Positions 10,614 through 22,122 of a stretch of DNA of 64,000 nucleotides are shown here, piece after piece. The notes beneath the pieces are model-generated. The model worked only from the letters and a program-made list of their open reading frames with translations. It had not been told where the DNA came from and did no database searches. Position 1 is the first letter of the stretch. Each line of letters begins with the position of its first letter. The position numbers and the translations under genes are program-made. Origin of the DNA: Oopsacas minuta (lineage: Eukaryota > Animalia > Porifera); NCBI GenBank assembly GCA_024704765.1, contig JAKMXF010000336.1:198599-262598 (forward strand). The letters are read 5' to 3'.

Positions 10614-10648
<35 letters not shown>

Positions 10649-10650
10649 AT
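10364..10650 (-). promoter_or_regulatory. Conserved upstream block of the LRR-EGF genes (also ~21209-21457 and ~61173-61430); (TG)n expansion in this copy
   Basis: About 250 bp alignable in all three copies, including the palindrome GATATCGATATC and a variable-copy TGA(T/A)TATT unit. A TG/TA microsatellite at ~10605-10650 is present only here. Regulatory role is inferred from position. Confidence 0.5.
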
Positions 10651-10654
10651 GTCC

Positions 10655-11140
10655 AGAATTGCTTGAAGAAATTGGAAGACTCCTAGGGAAGATTTTTGGC
10701 ATTGCTCGGACAATTCGAGTCTTGGACACAAATTCACATCTATGACGAAATTATGATGTCATTGACACCTTTTGGGATTTCGAAACATCACATTATTCAC
10801 CAGTGCTCAGCCAATATACATGATAGAATTTTGAAATTTGAATCGCAGGTACCTCGCAAGGTGACAAATGTCCTGATGCCATGATTTTGGCCAAATACTA
10901 GCTCATCATGGGATTAGTACGTCATCATCACTGTACAAAATAATCAAATTTCGATATTTTTAGAATTTCATAATATTCGAGGCTGTAGGTGCCAGATTAC
11001 TAACTTAAAGCCACGTAAGAGCTGCAGTATTACCACAGAATTCCATTAAATGGAATTTTAATGGACCATGGATAATGAAAAAATTCAAATTTCCACAAAA
11101 AATTAACTCCGAGGTACATAGCGCCAAGTATTTCCCGTTG
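10655..11140. repeat. Dispersed repeat family (likely TE remnant); copies at ~15905-16480, ~21458-21580, ~45480-45620 (inverted), ~61430-61555
   Basis: Shared GAATTG..GAAGA(A/G)A(T/C)TGGAAGAC..GATTTTTGGCAT..TTCACACCTATG(A/G)CGAAATTATGA. The 10990-11110 part matches 16360-16470. Confidence 0.8.
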
Positions 11141-11359
11141 TGTTGCGACCAAAAGCCTCAAGAAATGAAGCAGTTTAATGCTTAAGTTGACTTGAGGCCT
11201 TAAGCTGTCGCGCTAGTATATTTGAAATATCAAAATAGAATCTTTGAAGTAAATCAATTTTGAAATCTTATCACTATATTTTACTAAAAGTACACAAATA
11301 TTCAGAATATCTTGTTTAAAATACCATATTCGGACTCAGCATACTCGATTACCTCAGTG

Positions 11360-11824
11360 CAGTACCGAATTTAGGAGTGTTGGAGTATGCGGCCAAACAG
11401 GGCCCCCACAACTCAAGTCATTAATTTATACACACTGTAATTAGACTTTAATCAATATAAATCTTATACTAGAAACCTTTCACTTCTATGACCTTATTAA
11501 TGATTTTTCGTCTAGAAAAGCACGCAGAGTTATCCTATAGAGTAATTATAGCTATTGTATGTTCATGATATATTTTGTGCAACTAAATAATTAGGGGTTA
11601 TGATAAGTCCTGCCATACTGCCACTGGGTGAAATAGACCTTCGAATAGGGTAGTACTACTTATAGGGTTGAATGTTACATATGCAAAATTGAATATAATA
11701 AACACAAGCATTCTAAATTGAGGAATGGGGACAGGTAAGCGAACCGTGACGGCTTTGAATTGGCTTCAAGAGACCCCGGGAATTGCCATCGAACAGGGCC
11801 CCCACAAACCTAAATCCGGCACTG
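11360..11824. mobile_element. hAT-type non-autonomous element
   Basis: TIRs CAGTACCGAATTTAGG / CCTAAATCCGGCACTG. Flanks CCTCAGTG and CCTCAGAA (6 of 8 bp match, a degenerate TSD). Confidence 0.75.
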
Positions 11825-12328
11825 CCTCAGAATAGTCGTTGAAAGTAAGACTCTACCTCAATTTTGAAATTTGTTACTTCATATACCTCTCTACATACTC
11901 AATTACTCCTGAATAGCATTTTATGCTAAATCTCTAGCATAATTTCAAAAATATGTTTAAGGTGTGTCAATATGATTAATCACCAAAAGCTGCGAAACAA
12001 TAACCTGAGAAACAATCAAATGGTAGTTCTGACCCAAAATGCATATGTGTACCAATTTTTCATGTTAATCTGACTGTTAGATTTCGCTCGACCACGCGGA
12101 TGGACGGACGGACACACGTCCCAAATCATCCATGCCATTAGGGCATCTCCCTATTGGATCTACACTTGTGTTAACATTTGGCGCGTAATGTACGTATATC
12201 AATAAAGGGTGATTTCGCTAAATAAATGTATTATGCTATATACTACCAAAACAAAAACAAGTATAAACGTAAGTATAATTATATTACAATCCTTCATGTT
12301 CCTTTACCAATATCCGGAATAATGAATA

Positions 12329-13165
12329 TCATATGTTGGCTTGTATTGGTGCAGGTATACAGGTTATCGTAGCATTTGGGTTCCAGGTAGTACTCTTGCA
12401 AATCAGACTGCCTTCTTTAGTTGGAATTAAGCAAATAAAACAAAATTTATGCTTGCAGTAATTGCATGTCATCTCGTTGCAACCACCATTATGTTCAATT
12501 ATAGTTGTGCAGTCAGGACAGGCTCTTATACTAGGAACTTTGACTGTTTTGCCTTTTTTATCTTTGAAATCAATCATTGGTGCAGACTCTAGCTGCATAA
12601 TTTTAGCTTTCTTGCAGTTTGAATTCCCACACTTTTTGTATTCAGTTGGGGCAGTTTTCCATTCTCCAAGACAATACCAACAGAAGAGATAGGGTTTAAT
12701 CATATTCTTTGTACAGACAAGACAATTTACCTGAGGGCTGTCTTCGTTTTTACGCTGACAATAACTTTTACAACGAATACACTGTTGTATATCTTGGCTG
12801 AGGCAGAAGTTAACTGACAACGCTGCAGTTAGAAATTGCTTCTCTTCATCATCAGGCAGTCCGAGTATTATGATGTCATCAATATCAACTATTTTTGTGC
12901 AGCTAGCACAACTAATTTCGTGTTTGAGTGTTTTTATTTGCTTCCAAGCATAATCGAGTATATCATCTGGACACATGTAATGTCCACACTTAAGCTTGAG
13001 CCCTCCTTCATCTGAACAGACACAGCATTCTCCATTAGGATGAGGGAATTTTACAGTTCTTTCATAATTCCTCTTCCCGATAAAGTATTCTGCACCTACT
13101 CTAACCTGACTGACTTCAATACCACGATTGTCAAATGCAGATTTAGAAGCACCTAAACTTGACAT
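12329..13165 (-). CDS. RBR E3 ubiquitin ligase, copy 2 (RING1-IBR-RING2 exon, 278-aa ORF)
   Basis: Complete Cys/His scaffold and RING2 catalytic Cys in [11 protein letters not shown]. It is probably the last exon of a gene that includes the Ubl exon at 13869-14065. Confidence 0.9.
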   Translation of the reverse strand: MSSLGASKSAFDNRGIEVSQVRVGAEYFIGKRNYERTVKFPHPNGECCVCSDEGGLKLKCGHYMCPDDILDYAWKQIKTLKHEISCASCTKIVDIDDIIILGLPDDEEKQFLTAALSVNFCLSQDIQQCIRCKSYCQRKNEDSPQVNCLVCTKNMIKPYLFCWYCLGEWKTAPTEYKKCGNSNCKKAKIMQLESAPMIDFKDKKGKTVKVPSIRACPDCTTIIEHNGGCNEMTCNYCKHKFCFICLIPTKEGSLICKSTTWNPNATITCIPAPIQANI

Positions 13166-13267
13166 TACTATTGCTAACTTGCTATACTATAAAAGTAGCA
13201 GAAATCTACTCAGAAATATTCTCTTTATGTATACGACTATAGACTAGAGGAATGTATACATGTAGGG

Positions 13268-13510
13268 TTCCGTGGGAATGAAAATTTGATCCCCTTTACC
13301 ATCTCATGCACACAGCATTCTCATAGGGATTAGGATTCTCATTACAGGAATTCCCATAGGAATTCCTATGGAATTCTGATAGGAAAATACTAAGTATTCC
13401 CCTACCCATTTCATAATTGTCAACCTGAGTGAAGGAAAAATTGGGCACGGAAAGTATGAATTTAGTGAGACTTCGCGGGACGTAGCACTTGCATTAGACT
13501 GGACTAAGTG
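13268..13510. repeat. Repeat shared with ~21840-22060 and ~61820-62040; its right part is related to the MITE at 24147-24362
   Basis: ATGCACACAGCATTCTCATAG..GATAGGAAAATACTAAGTATTC..CAACCTGAGTGAAGGAAA..GCATTAGACTGGACTA present in all copies. Confidence 0.8.
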
Positions 13511-13868
13511 AACACTGTGCCATGTGTTGGGAATATTTAGCTTTATCATTTATCTAAATAGAAAGCCCTATACTGAAGTTTTCAAATACACAGACGGCAA
13601 ATTTGACAGAAACCCTATATCTTATATCATTATTATATTGGTTAGTCAAGTAGAGACGAGATTAGTACAATTTGTATGGAAGATTCTGCAGTGAATGAAT
13701 ACACTTGTTCAGGCAAGGAATATACCCACCATTAACTTTCTCTTGCAACGCATTGCCAATCTAGTAGTATCTAGTTAAACAGAAGCATCAATACTATATT
13801 TCAAATTGATATTTCAAGTAAAAACACAATAAATAACTCAAATTTTTATCCAGATAGTATGTACTCAC

Positions 13869-14065
13869 TTTCTATTGTAACCACCTGGAAGTCTGGTTAC
13901 AAGCATTATAGTACATTGATCTGAGATTCCATAATCAACTATAGTCATTTTTTTCTCTTGTCGGATATTTTGAAGTTCTTTTCCCACGTATAACAACCGT
14001 TGATGCTCTTCTTGAATCCCACACTTTATGGCAACCTCACATCTGAGTTTAGAAACGGTATAGTC
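13869..14065 (-). CDS. Ubiquitin-like domain exon, not in the ORF track; probable 5' exon of the RBR ligase
   Basis: Acceptor GTTATAG| at 14067-14066 and donor |GTGAGT at 13868. Translates DYTVSKLRCEVAIKCGIQEEHQRLLYVGKELQNIRQEKKMTIVDYGISDQCTIMLVTRLPGGYNR, which aligns to ubiquitin [52 protein letters not shown]. Confidence 0.85.
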
Positions 14066-15737
14066 CTATAACATTGTAAGTAACTAAGTATCATATCAAA
14101 TGTGTTCATACATGCAGAATTACAGGTTACTAAATGGCATTCTCATTGTTTTCTGCTGTATAGACATGTTAATACAAATTTATGAACAATTGATCGACCT
14201 TTTGTCTCCTAATTATTCAATTAGTTTAAATTTTTTCACCTCTAGCTGCGCCACTTTCATGCCAACGGAGCTGTGATAATAACGGGACAGAGGACTGCAG
14301 TTGAAGACAACGTTTAGTAATTACGATACTCTTTACAAACACTGATTTATAAATTTTCGACAAAGTGGTCTAATCATTTAGAAGATAAAGATAAGCCTTG
14401 CACCTTGTATGGAGGGAATATTGATTGGACACGGATTTTGTAATTATGGACCTTCAAAATGAATGCCCTTAATGTTGCGTCATAGATCAATTGATCGATT
14501 CTGATTTTGTTCATATTCAGTGACTATTTGGGGTAGGAATAGGAGCGTAGGGCTCCAAACAAATGTGGGCTCCTTAAATTCATACCCGACAAGGTATTAT
14601 AAAATTTCTCCTACTTTCTTAATGATCACTAAGAATATTTGCTAATTTTCAAAAACATCCAAAGTAATCAAAGAATATATAGTTGATCCTTAATTTGGGC
14701 TAGGAAAATATACTCGCATACCAGAGCCAAAATACATTTTTTGGGTGGTTAAAGGAAATACTGGTGGCCATAGCCAAAAAACTACAGGATGTATTGAGGA
14801 TTGGTGGGATTGCGAGCAAAGCGAGCCAAAACTATACCGAGAGCATTTCGATCCAAATTATTCATCACAATCAACATACAAATGTTAACCATCAAGATTA
14901 AACCGAAAACCAAACTTTTGCAAGAGCTTGAAGTGATTGACATTATTGCAGCCCCACTATTATAGTTATTGTATAGTCTTCCTCAGGCCTTCTTGGACAC
15001 TCCAAGAGTGAATTGTTCTCTCATTCATATCCATGTTAATTTAAACATTGACGATAGCCAAAGGTCTCACATACCAGGATGAGTAATACTATGCTCAACA
15101 TACGCCGGAAAAACATGCACGAAAGATTTGACAAAAGTCTACGGTGGCTACGATACTCAACATTCGCCGAACACATATATATATAAAATCTAGGTTATAG
15201 CAAATACGTAAACATTTACCTGAAATCCTTTTTTCGGAATGACGAAACTGTATGTTTTGTTGCTAAGGCCTATGACAAATATAGTATTCATTGCTAAGAA
15301 TAATAGTATTTACAAAATCTAAAGTATAATTGAATAAATAGATTATTGAATTCAAAATGTTGAATTTAATAAAACTTGAAAGTTTTCAAATCCTGCAAAT
15401 TTGGGAATTTACCAGTTATGGAATCAACTAATCCTAGCAAAACTACATCAATTTAGTCAAAATTAAGAATACAGAGTTTCTTTGTGTTTGGGAAGAATAT
15501 ACATACAGGTGTACTGTGAGAGCATACTATGTGGCAGTTGCATATTATTGTATGCAACCATATCATATAACACATTACTTCATACTCTTATCTACAAATA
15601 TTTCTTAACCAAAAATAGAAATGTATATGAAATTGTAGACTTTGTACAACATTCTAGAAGCTCATAAACTGTGGGAGGGCAGTTTTGTAAATTGGAATGG
15701 TAGGAATTGTAGCAAATATTTTTCAGCACTGGAATAT

Positions 15738-15800
15738 CAGGGCCGACGGAAGCGTGCCGGCCTGAGACGCCGCACATTTCATGGGCTTCGGACGGCCCTG
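15738..15800. mobile_element. 63-bp miniature inverted-repeat element
   Basis: GC-rich islet bounded by CAGGGCCG / CGGCCCTG. No TSD recognised. Confidence 0.45.
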
Positions 15801-17464
15801 TTTATGTAGATATTATTGTTATGGGTCCCAGACATATTAATCTATATTATTAAACCGCAAATATTCTGAAAGATATCTATATTAATATATATGTTTGTAT
15901 GTTCAGAATTGATTGAAGAAACTGGAAGACCTCCAAGATAGATTTTTGGCATACATGGGTATTTTGGCATGGCTCGGACAAGTTCGAGTCTTGGACGAAA
16001 ATTCACACCTATGGCGAAAATTATGACGTCATTGTCTCCCAGAGCCGGCGCCAGCTCGTAAAGATTCAGGAGGGACCAGGGAGGGGCCACCATGTTTAGA
16101 GGAGAGGCAAATACCCAGGGCATTTGGATTCAAATCTGTCATTGAATATATTGTTGCACGCTTCGCTTTCTAGGTCGTTATTATTTTCTAGAAACATGTC
16201 GTATTTTGGGGTCTTCACCTCTAACTGCAAGGTGTTCTTCGATAGATAACAGTCCATGGATCAAGTATAGTACACTAAGCATGAAATAACAAGAAGTCTA
16301 AAATATTTGTTGCAAATCCTTAATTTTTTAGCTTTTCACACTATTCTAGACACGAAGTACCCAGATTACTAACCAAATGCCATGTGGCAGCGCCAGTGTT
16401 ACCACAGAAGGCCATTAAATGGAATTTGGATGGACCATAGATAATAATAATTCAAATTCCACAAAAATCACCGCAGCACGTAGTCCCGATTATAATAGCA
16501 AACCAACCCATCAAGAAATTTAGTCATTGAATAATTACATAAGATAAAGTGGGACACTAAGCTCTCACACAGCTCCCTAGCAAGCGAAGCGGGCTAGTAA
16601 TTAATATGTTACAAAATTAATTTATACTCCAATCCCCTTACCTATAATTATAACATTCAAACTCAAATATTTGTATTTTGAGTGCTAACCTTTGTTGCAA
16701 TCCATTTAACTCTAGAGCAAATTTTAGCTCAGCAACAAGCAAGAGCTTAGATTATTCCATTTGCTATGACTGACCAGTTCATGCAATCTGTGTTTTCCCA
16801 TATTGCATTGGCCAATGGAACTCTATCCCAAATAATATTAAGAGTTCCAATGCCCTTGACGTATTTTTGTGTAAACTCTGAGCTAATCTGTCTACATCAA
16901 CATTCATCCAGTCACGCATGAACTTTTTAAGACTATTTTAGCAATATCTTATAGTTTTCTGAATGTGGGAATGATATTAAATACCAAATGAATAATATAT
17001 ACTTTACAATATATATACTCATCATAGTATGTATAAAGCCATCTAGCGAAGTTGATGAGGAAATATGCTGTAGGAGCCCAGATTATACACCCTGGTGTAT
17101 CTCTCTTGGACAGATTATACCGTATATAATATGAGCTACACCACTTCATACTCAGGGAATAATTTGACCTAGGGTAGAATACCCTGAGGTATATTCTAGT
17201 CTAGGACAGATTATACCCGAGTATAATCTTGTCTGTTACACTGGTACTGGAGTTATTACAAAGATAACACTAAACTAGAGAACACAACTAATATAATTCG
17301 GATATACAAAAAGAATCTCTGACTAAATATGTATACAGAGCTTAGAGTTGGTAAGAATCTAGTATACATTAATGGGGATGCCTAAATATACACACTATGA
17401 AGTTAACCTATAGTATAATCCCTGAGATAGATAATCAAAAGTAAAGTCAATGGTGAACTTGATA

Positions 17465-20400
17465 TCAGTTTATCTGGTATCTCACAGCTTCATCCTGCAC
17501 ACTTCCAGGATAAACTTCTGCAATAAAGTTTGGATCTTTCTTTTCGATTAGTTCAGATTCTATAGCAGTTGTTTTCTTCAATTCATCAGGCTGTACTGAT
17601 CCGTGCATGTAGTTATAGATTTCATTACTATATCCAGCAGTGGGGATTTTATGGTTGTTCGTGTCTTTTGCTTTGAGTATTCTGCGCATTTTGTTGTTCT
17701 TTCTAACAAAATACAAGAATAAAACGATAAACATGAATATTAGGAAAACATTGGACACTAAAGAGATAATCATGAGAATTACTGTTGGTTGGTACCATTC
17801 AAATTGGTTTTGAGTTGACATGGCTTGTTGCGTAAATGAGGATGTCGGATCTGAAGTTTGATGTGTAGTATTTCCTAGTGTATCAACATTTGGGCAAGAA
17901 TGATTATAGATCCTGATGTTGAACCCTCCTTGACAAATGAAACGATTTTCATGATAACTGCCATCTACAACGTCACATTGTATGTTGCTTTCACAATGAG
18001 TTTCATTGATCAGCTGATGACCATACTCACAATAACATTCAAAAGAACCTATGGTATTTCGACATCCAAACTCACATCCTCCATTCGCTTCTTGACACTC
18101 ATTGACATCATCACAATCATATCTATTTGCTGCTAGCTTGTATCCTTCATCACATAAACAAAGATACGAACCTTCTGTGTTCTCGCAGGTATGCTCACAA
18201 TTTGTTTTGTGATTACATTCATCGAAGTCTAGACATTCACCTGAATTGTGCAGTGAATAACCAATAGGACAATTTGTTGGCGGTTCAGTTGGTTCTGAGG
18301 GTGATGTTGGGTCAGGGAAACTATGACAATTCAGATTTGTGATTGTGAGATTGAATCCTCCTTGACAAATGAAAATATTTTCTTGATATCCACTACCATC
18401 TATCACGTCACATTGTATATTTCTTTCACAATGAGTTTCATTGATCAGCTGATGACCATGCTCACAATAACATTCAAATGAACCTATGAAATTTCTACAA
18501 CCAAACTCACAACCTCCATTCCATTCATAACACTCATTTACATCTTCACAATCATATCCATTTTGAGAAACTGTGTATCCTTCATTACATGTGCAGTAGA
18601 ATGAACCTACTGTGTTCTCACAGGCATACTCACAATTCGTTTCCTCATCGCATTCATCAAAATCTTTACATTCACCTGAATTGTGCAGTGAATAACCAAT
18701 AGGACAGTTTGTTGGCGATTCAGTTGATTCTGTTGTTGAGGGTGATGTTGGGTCTGGGAAGCTATGGCAAGTCAGATTTGTGATTGTGAGATTGAATCCT
18801 CCATGACAAACGAAGCGATATTCTTCATCACCGCTACTATCTACCACGTCACATTGTATGTTGCTTTCACAATGAGTTTTGTTGATCAGCTGATGACCAT
18901 CCTGACAATAACACAGATATGAACCGATTATATTTTGACATCCAAACTCACATCCTCCATTCCCTTCCTGGCACTCGTTAATATCATCACAAGCATATCC
19001 ATTAGCAGCTAAGGTGTATCCTTCATCACATACACAACGATATGAACCTTCTGTGTTCTCACAGGCGTATGCACAATCAGTTGCCTCGTTACACTCATCA
19101 AAATCTTTGCATTCACCAGAGTTGTGCAGTGAATAACCTATTGGGCAAAAGGTTGGTGGTATTGTTGACTGTGCTGTTGAAGTTGTTGACGTTGTAGTTG
19201 TAGTGCTTTGACACGTGAAGTTTGTAATTGTCAGATTGAACCCTCCTTGACAAGTGAAGTGGTTTACTTGATAACTACTACTCTCGACCACGTCACATTG
19301 AATGTCGCTCTCACAATGAGTTTGATTAATCAGCTGATGTCCGTACTCACAATAACACAGATATGAACCTATGGTATTTCTACAACCAAACTCACATCCT
19401 CCATTCCATTCCTGGCACTCATTAGCATCTTCACAATCATATCCATTAATAGCTAGTTTGTATCCTTCTTCACATATGCAATTATATGAACCTTCTGTGT
19501 TCTGACAAGCATATGAACAATTAGTTACTTCAGTGCACTCATTGAAATCTTTGCATTCACCTGAATTATGCAATGAATAACCAATAGGACAACTAGTTGG
19601 TTGTTCTGTTGAAGGTGTTGTTGGTTCAGTGATGCTTTGACAAGTCAGATTTGTGATAGTTAAGTTGAACCCTCCTTGACAAGTGAAGCGGTTTTCTTGA
19701 TAACCACTACTATCGACCACGTCACATTGAATATCGCTCTCACAATGAGTTTCGTTATACAATCGGTGTCCTTGCTCACAGTAACATTGATATGAACCTA
19801 TGGTATTCCCACAACCAAACTCACATCCTCCATTTCCTATCTTACACTCATTCACATCATCACAAACATATCCATTTGCAGCTAGCTTGTATCCTTCATC
19901 ACACACACAATGGTATGAACCTTCTGTATTCTCACAGACATGCTCGCATTCAGTTACTACATCGCATTCATCTTCATCTACACATTCTCCTGAACTATCT
20001 TGTTGATAACCTACAGGACAACTACAAAGGTAACCATCTTGTGTATTATGACATACTTCATTACTGGGACAGGTTATGGACTTGTCAAAGCATTGATAAG
20101 ATTCTGTTTGTGAGCAATTGGTATACAACAGTGGATCAGTAATAGACTTTTGGAAGAAAACGTTTGGTTCAGAACAATATCCATTACTTGTATATACCCC
20201 ATATTGCGATACAATTGACGTCCATTGTAATCTACAGTCGCAGATGAACGGGTCATTTAAATATATATTTATGCTTGGTGATTTCATTTGCTGGAATACA
20301 TATGAGTCTAGAGTATGATACTCATTGAACAGTAAATATACATCTCTTAGAGATCTTGTATGTATCAGTGCTTCAATAGGGAATCCTGGATTCTCATCTA

Positions 20401-21208
20401 ATCTCAGTTCTGTCAGTTCAGTTAAACCTTCGAATACATTATTTGATATAATCTTTATTCCATTATTTTGAAGATAGAGTCTTGACAGACTTGAGAGTTC
20501 ACTGAATGTACCATCCTCAATAATACTTAATTTATTGTTTTCAAAGCTCAAAAGTGTTAACGAGTTCAAACCATCCAATGCTCCTTTAGTTATGCTACTG
20601 AAATCCGAGTTGTAGAAACTTAGGTGAACCAAGTTTGATAATCCTCTAACGATTGTGTTATCAAATGTACGCGTGGACGAACCTACTATTCTAATGTCGA
20701 GATAAGTTAGAAATTGTAGATTTGTGAAATATGGTGATTCTTCTGAGATACAATTACCAATGTAGATAGATTTTAGACCAGTGAAATAATTGAAAAAGTT
20801 CCCAGACTCGAGTTGGATATGATAGGCATTATCTATAACTATCCTCGTTAATCCAGTATTCTGACTTGAGGTAGTTAAACGGATATTATCTTTATCTATA
20901 CCATTGTAAATGTACAACGTTTGGATATGTGAGGCTATTTCTATATCGACGATTAGATTCCCGTATACTGTTGATGTGTAGTCTTTGTAGACATATATTG
21001 TAAAAAATGCTGTGCTCTGAACGCTACAGTAGCTTAACAAACCCTTGATAACCTGAGTTTCATTATTAGTGATGTAGCAATTGAGGTAGGAACTATAAAA
21101 ATCACAATAACCTGCTTCATTAGAGCAACTGGGAGCTTCAACCACTCCATAATAGCACAAATATGTCACCAAACCTAACAACAGAGAGATATTTCCGAAC
21201 TTCCCCAT
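17465..21208 (-). CDS. Intronless LRR-EGF receptor, paralog B (1247 aa, 5 EGF modules)
   Basis: Same architecture as paralog A. Tail ends EVYPGSVQDEAVRYQIN. Confidence 0.93.
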   Translation of the reverse strand: MGKFGNISLLLGLVTYLCYYGVVEAPSCSNEAGYCDFYSSYLNCYITNNETQVIKGLLSYCSVQSTAFFTIYVYKDYTSTVYGNLIVDIEIASHIQTLYIYNGIDKDNIRLTTSSQNTGLTRIVIDNAYHIQLESGNFFNYFTGLKSIYIGNCISEESPYFTNLQFLTYLDIRIVGSSTRTFDNTIVRGLSNLVHLSFYNSDFSSITKGALDGLNSLTLLSFENNKLSIIEDGTFSELSSLSRLYLQNNGIKIISNNVFEGLTELTELRLDENPGFPIEALIHTRSLRDVYLLFNEYHTLDSYVFQQMKSPSINIYLNDPFICDCRLQWTSIVSQYGVYTSNGYCSEPNVFFQKSITDPLLYTNCSQTESYQCFDKSITCPSNEVCHNTQDGYLCSCPVGYQQDSSGECVDEDECDVVTECEHVCENTEGSYHCVCDEGYKLAANGYVCDDVNECKIGNGGCEFGCGNTIGSYQCYCEQGHRLYNETHCESDIQCDVVDSSGYQENRFTCQGGFNLTITNLTCQSITEPTTPSTEQPTSCPIGYSLHNSGECKDFNECTEVTNCSYACQNTEGSYNCICEEGYKLAINGYDCEDANECQEWNGGCEFGCRNTIGSYLCYCEYGHQLINQTHCESDIQCDVVESSSYQVNHFTCQGGFNLTITNFTCQSTTTTTSTTSTAQSTIPPTFCPIGYSLHNSGECKDFDECNEATDCAYACENTEGSYRCVCDEGYTLAANGYACDDINECQEGNGGCEFGCQNIIGSYLCYCQDGHQLINKTHCESNIQCDVVDSSGDEEYRFVCHGGFNLTITNLTCHSFPDPTSPSTTESTESPTNCPIGYSLHNSGECKDFDECDEETNCEYACENTVGSFYCTCNEGYTVSQNGYDCEDVNECYEWNGGCEFGCRNFIGSFECYCEHGHQLINETHCERNIQCDVIDGSGYQENIFICQGGFNLTITNLNCHSFPDPTSPSEPTEPPTNCPIGYSLHNSGECLDFDECNHKTNCEHTCENTEGSYLCLCDEGYKLAANRYDCDDVNECQEANGGCEFGCRNTIGSFECYCEYGHQLINETHCESNIQCDVVDGSYHENRFICQGGFNIRIYNHSCPNVDTLGNTTHQTSDPTSSFTQQAMSTQNQFEWYQPTVILMIISLVSNVFLIFMFIVLFLYFVRKNNKMRRILKAKDTNNHKIPTAGYSNEIYNYMHGSVQPDELKKTTAIESELIEKKDPNFIAEVYPGSVQDEAVRYQIN

Positions 21209-21679
21209 GACGAATACTGATCAAATGAAATTACCTGTTGTTCAGCAAATTTGAGCAATGAGTCGGAAAAGTAATAATGAATTGAATATTTGATAACAAA
21301 CTGACATTTATACTCATTCCCGGAGCTGATATCGATATCTTGTTATTGGCTGGCATATATGGATTGTAGATGATGGAACATATCTATTTCTAGTGTAATT
21401 ATATATCATATACGTATATCTATACTATTAAAACTCAATTCATCTGTGTATATGTCTAGAATTGTTAGAAGAGATTGGAAGACTCCCAGGGCTGATTTTT
21501 GGCATACTGGAGTATTGTGGGCATGGCTTGGACTAGCTCGAGGATTGAACGAAAGTTCACACCTATGACGAAATTATGATATTATCATATATAATCGAGT
21601 GTGGATTTCGCAAATATATGTATTATGCATATACTTCCAAAACAAATCAATCAATAAATGTAAACATCATTACAATCCT

Positions 21680-21829
21680 TCATGTTTCTCCACCATTCTG
21701 TATTGGTGCTGTTAAACAGGTTATCCTAGCATTTGGGTTCCAGGTAGTACTCTTACAAATCAGACTGCTTCTTGTAATCGGAGTTTAGCAAATTTGACCA
21801 AAGTTATACTTGCAGTAATTGCATGTCAT
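21680..21829 (-). pseudogene. RBR ligase C-terminal fragment
   Basis: Translates [33 protein letters not shown].., homologous to the end of 12329-13165, with an in-frame stop. Confidence 0.85.
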
Positions 21830-22122
21830 GTATGCATGCGGGCTCCGAGGGAATGAAATTTCCATCTTATGCACACAGCATTCTCATAGTTATAGGATTC
21901 CTATCACAGTATTTCCTATTGCAATCTGATAGGAAAATACTAAGTATTCTCCTACCCATTCCATACTTGCCAACCTGAGTGAAGGAAATTTTGTGACAGA
22001 AATATGAATTTCGTGGGACATCGTGAGATGCAGCATTTGCATTAGACTGGACTACAAAAAACGGGACAATTATGTGAAATTCTAATTTTAGAATATTTCA
22101 GATGTAATGATGCTTTCGGTAA

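Noticed and set aside
14220-15060. Candidate first exons for the Ubl domain (MKVAQLE|GTGAAA near 14240; EEDYTITIIVGL near 14965)
   Set aside because: Neither gives a clean, stop-free N-terminal ubiquitin strand with a good phase-0 donor, so this is left unresolved.
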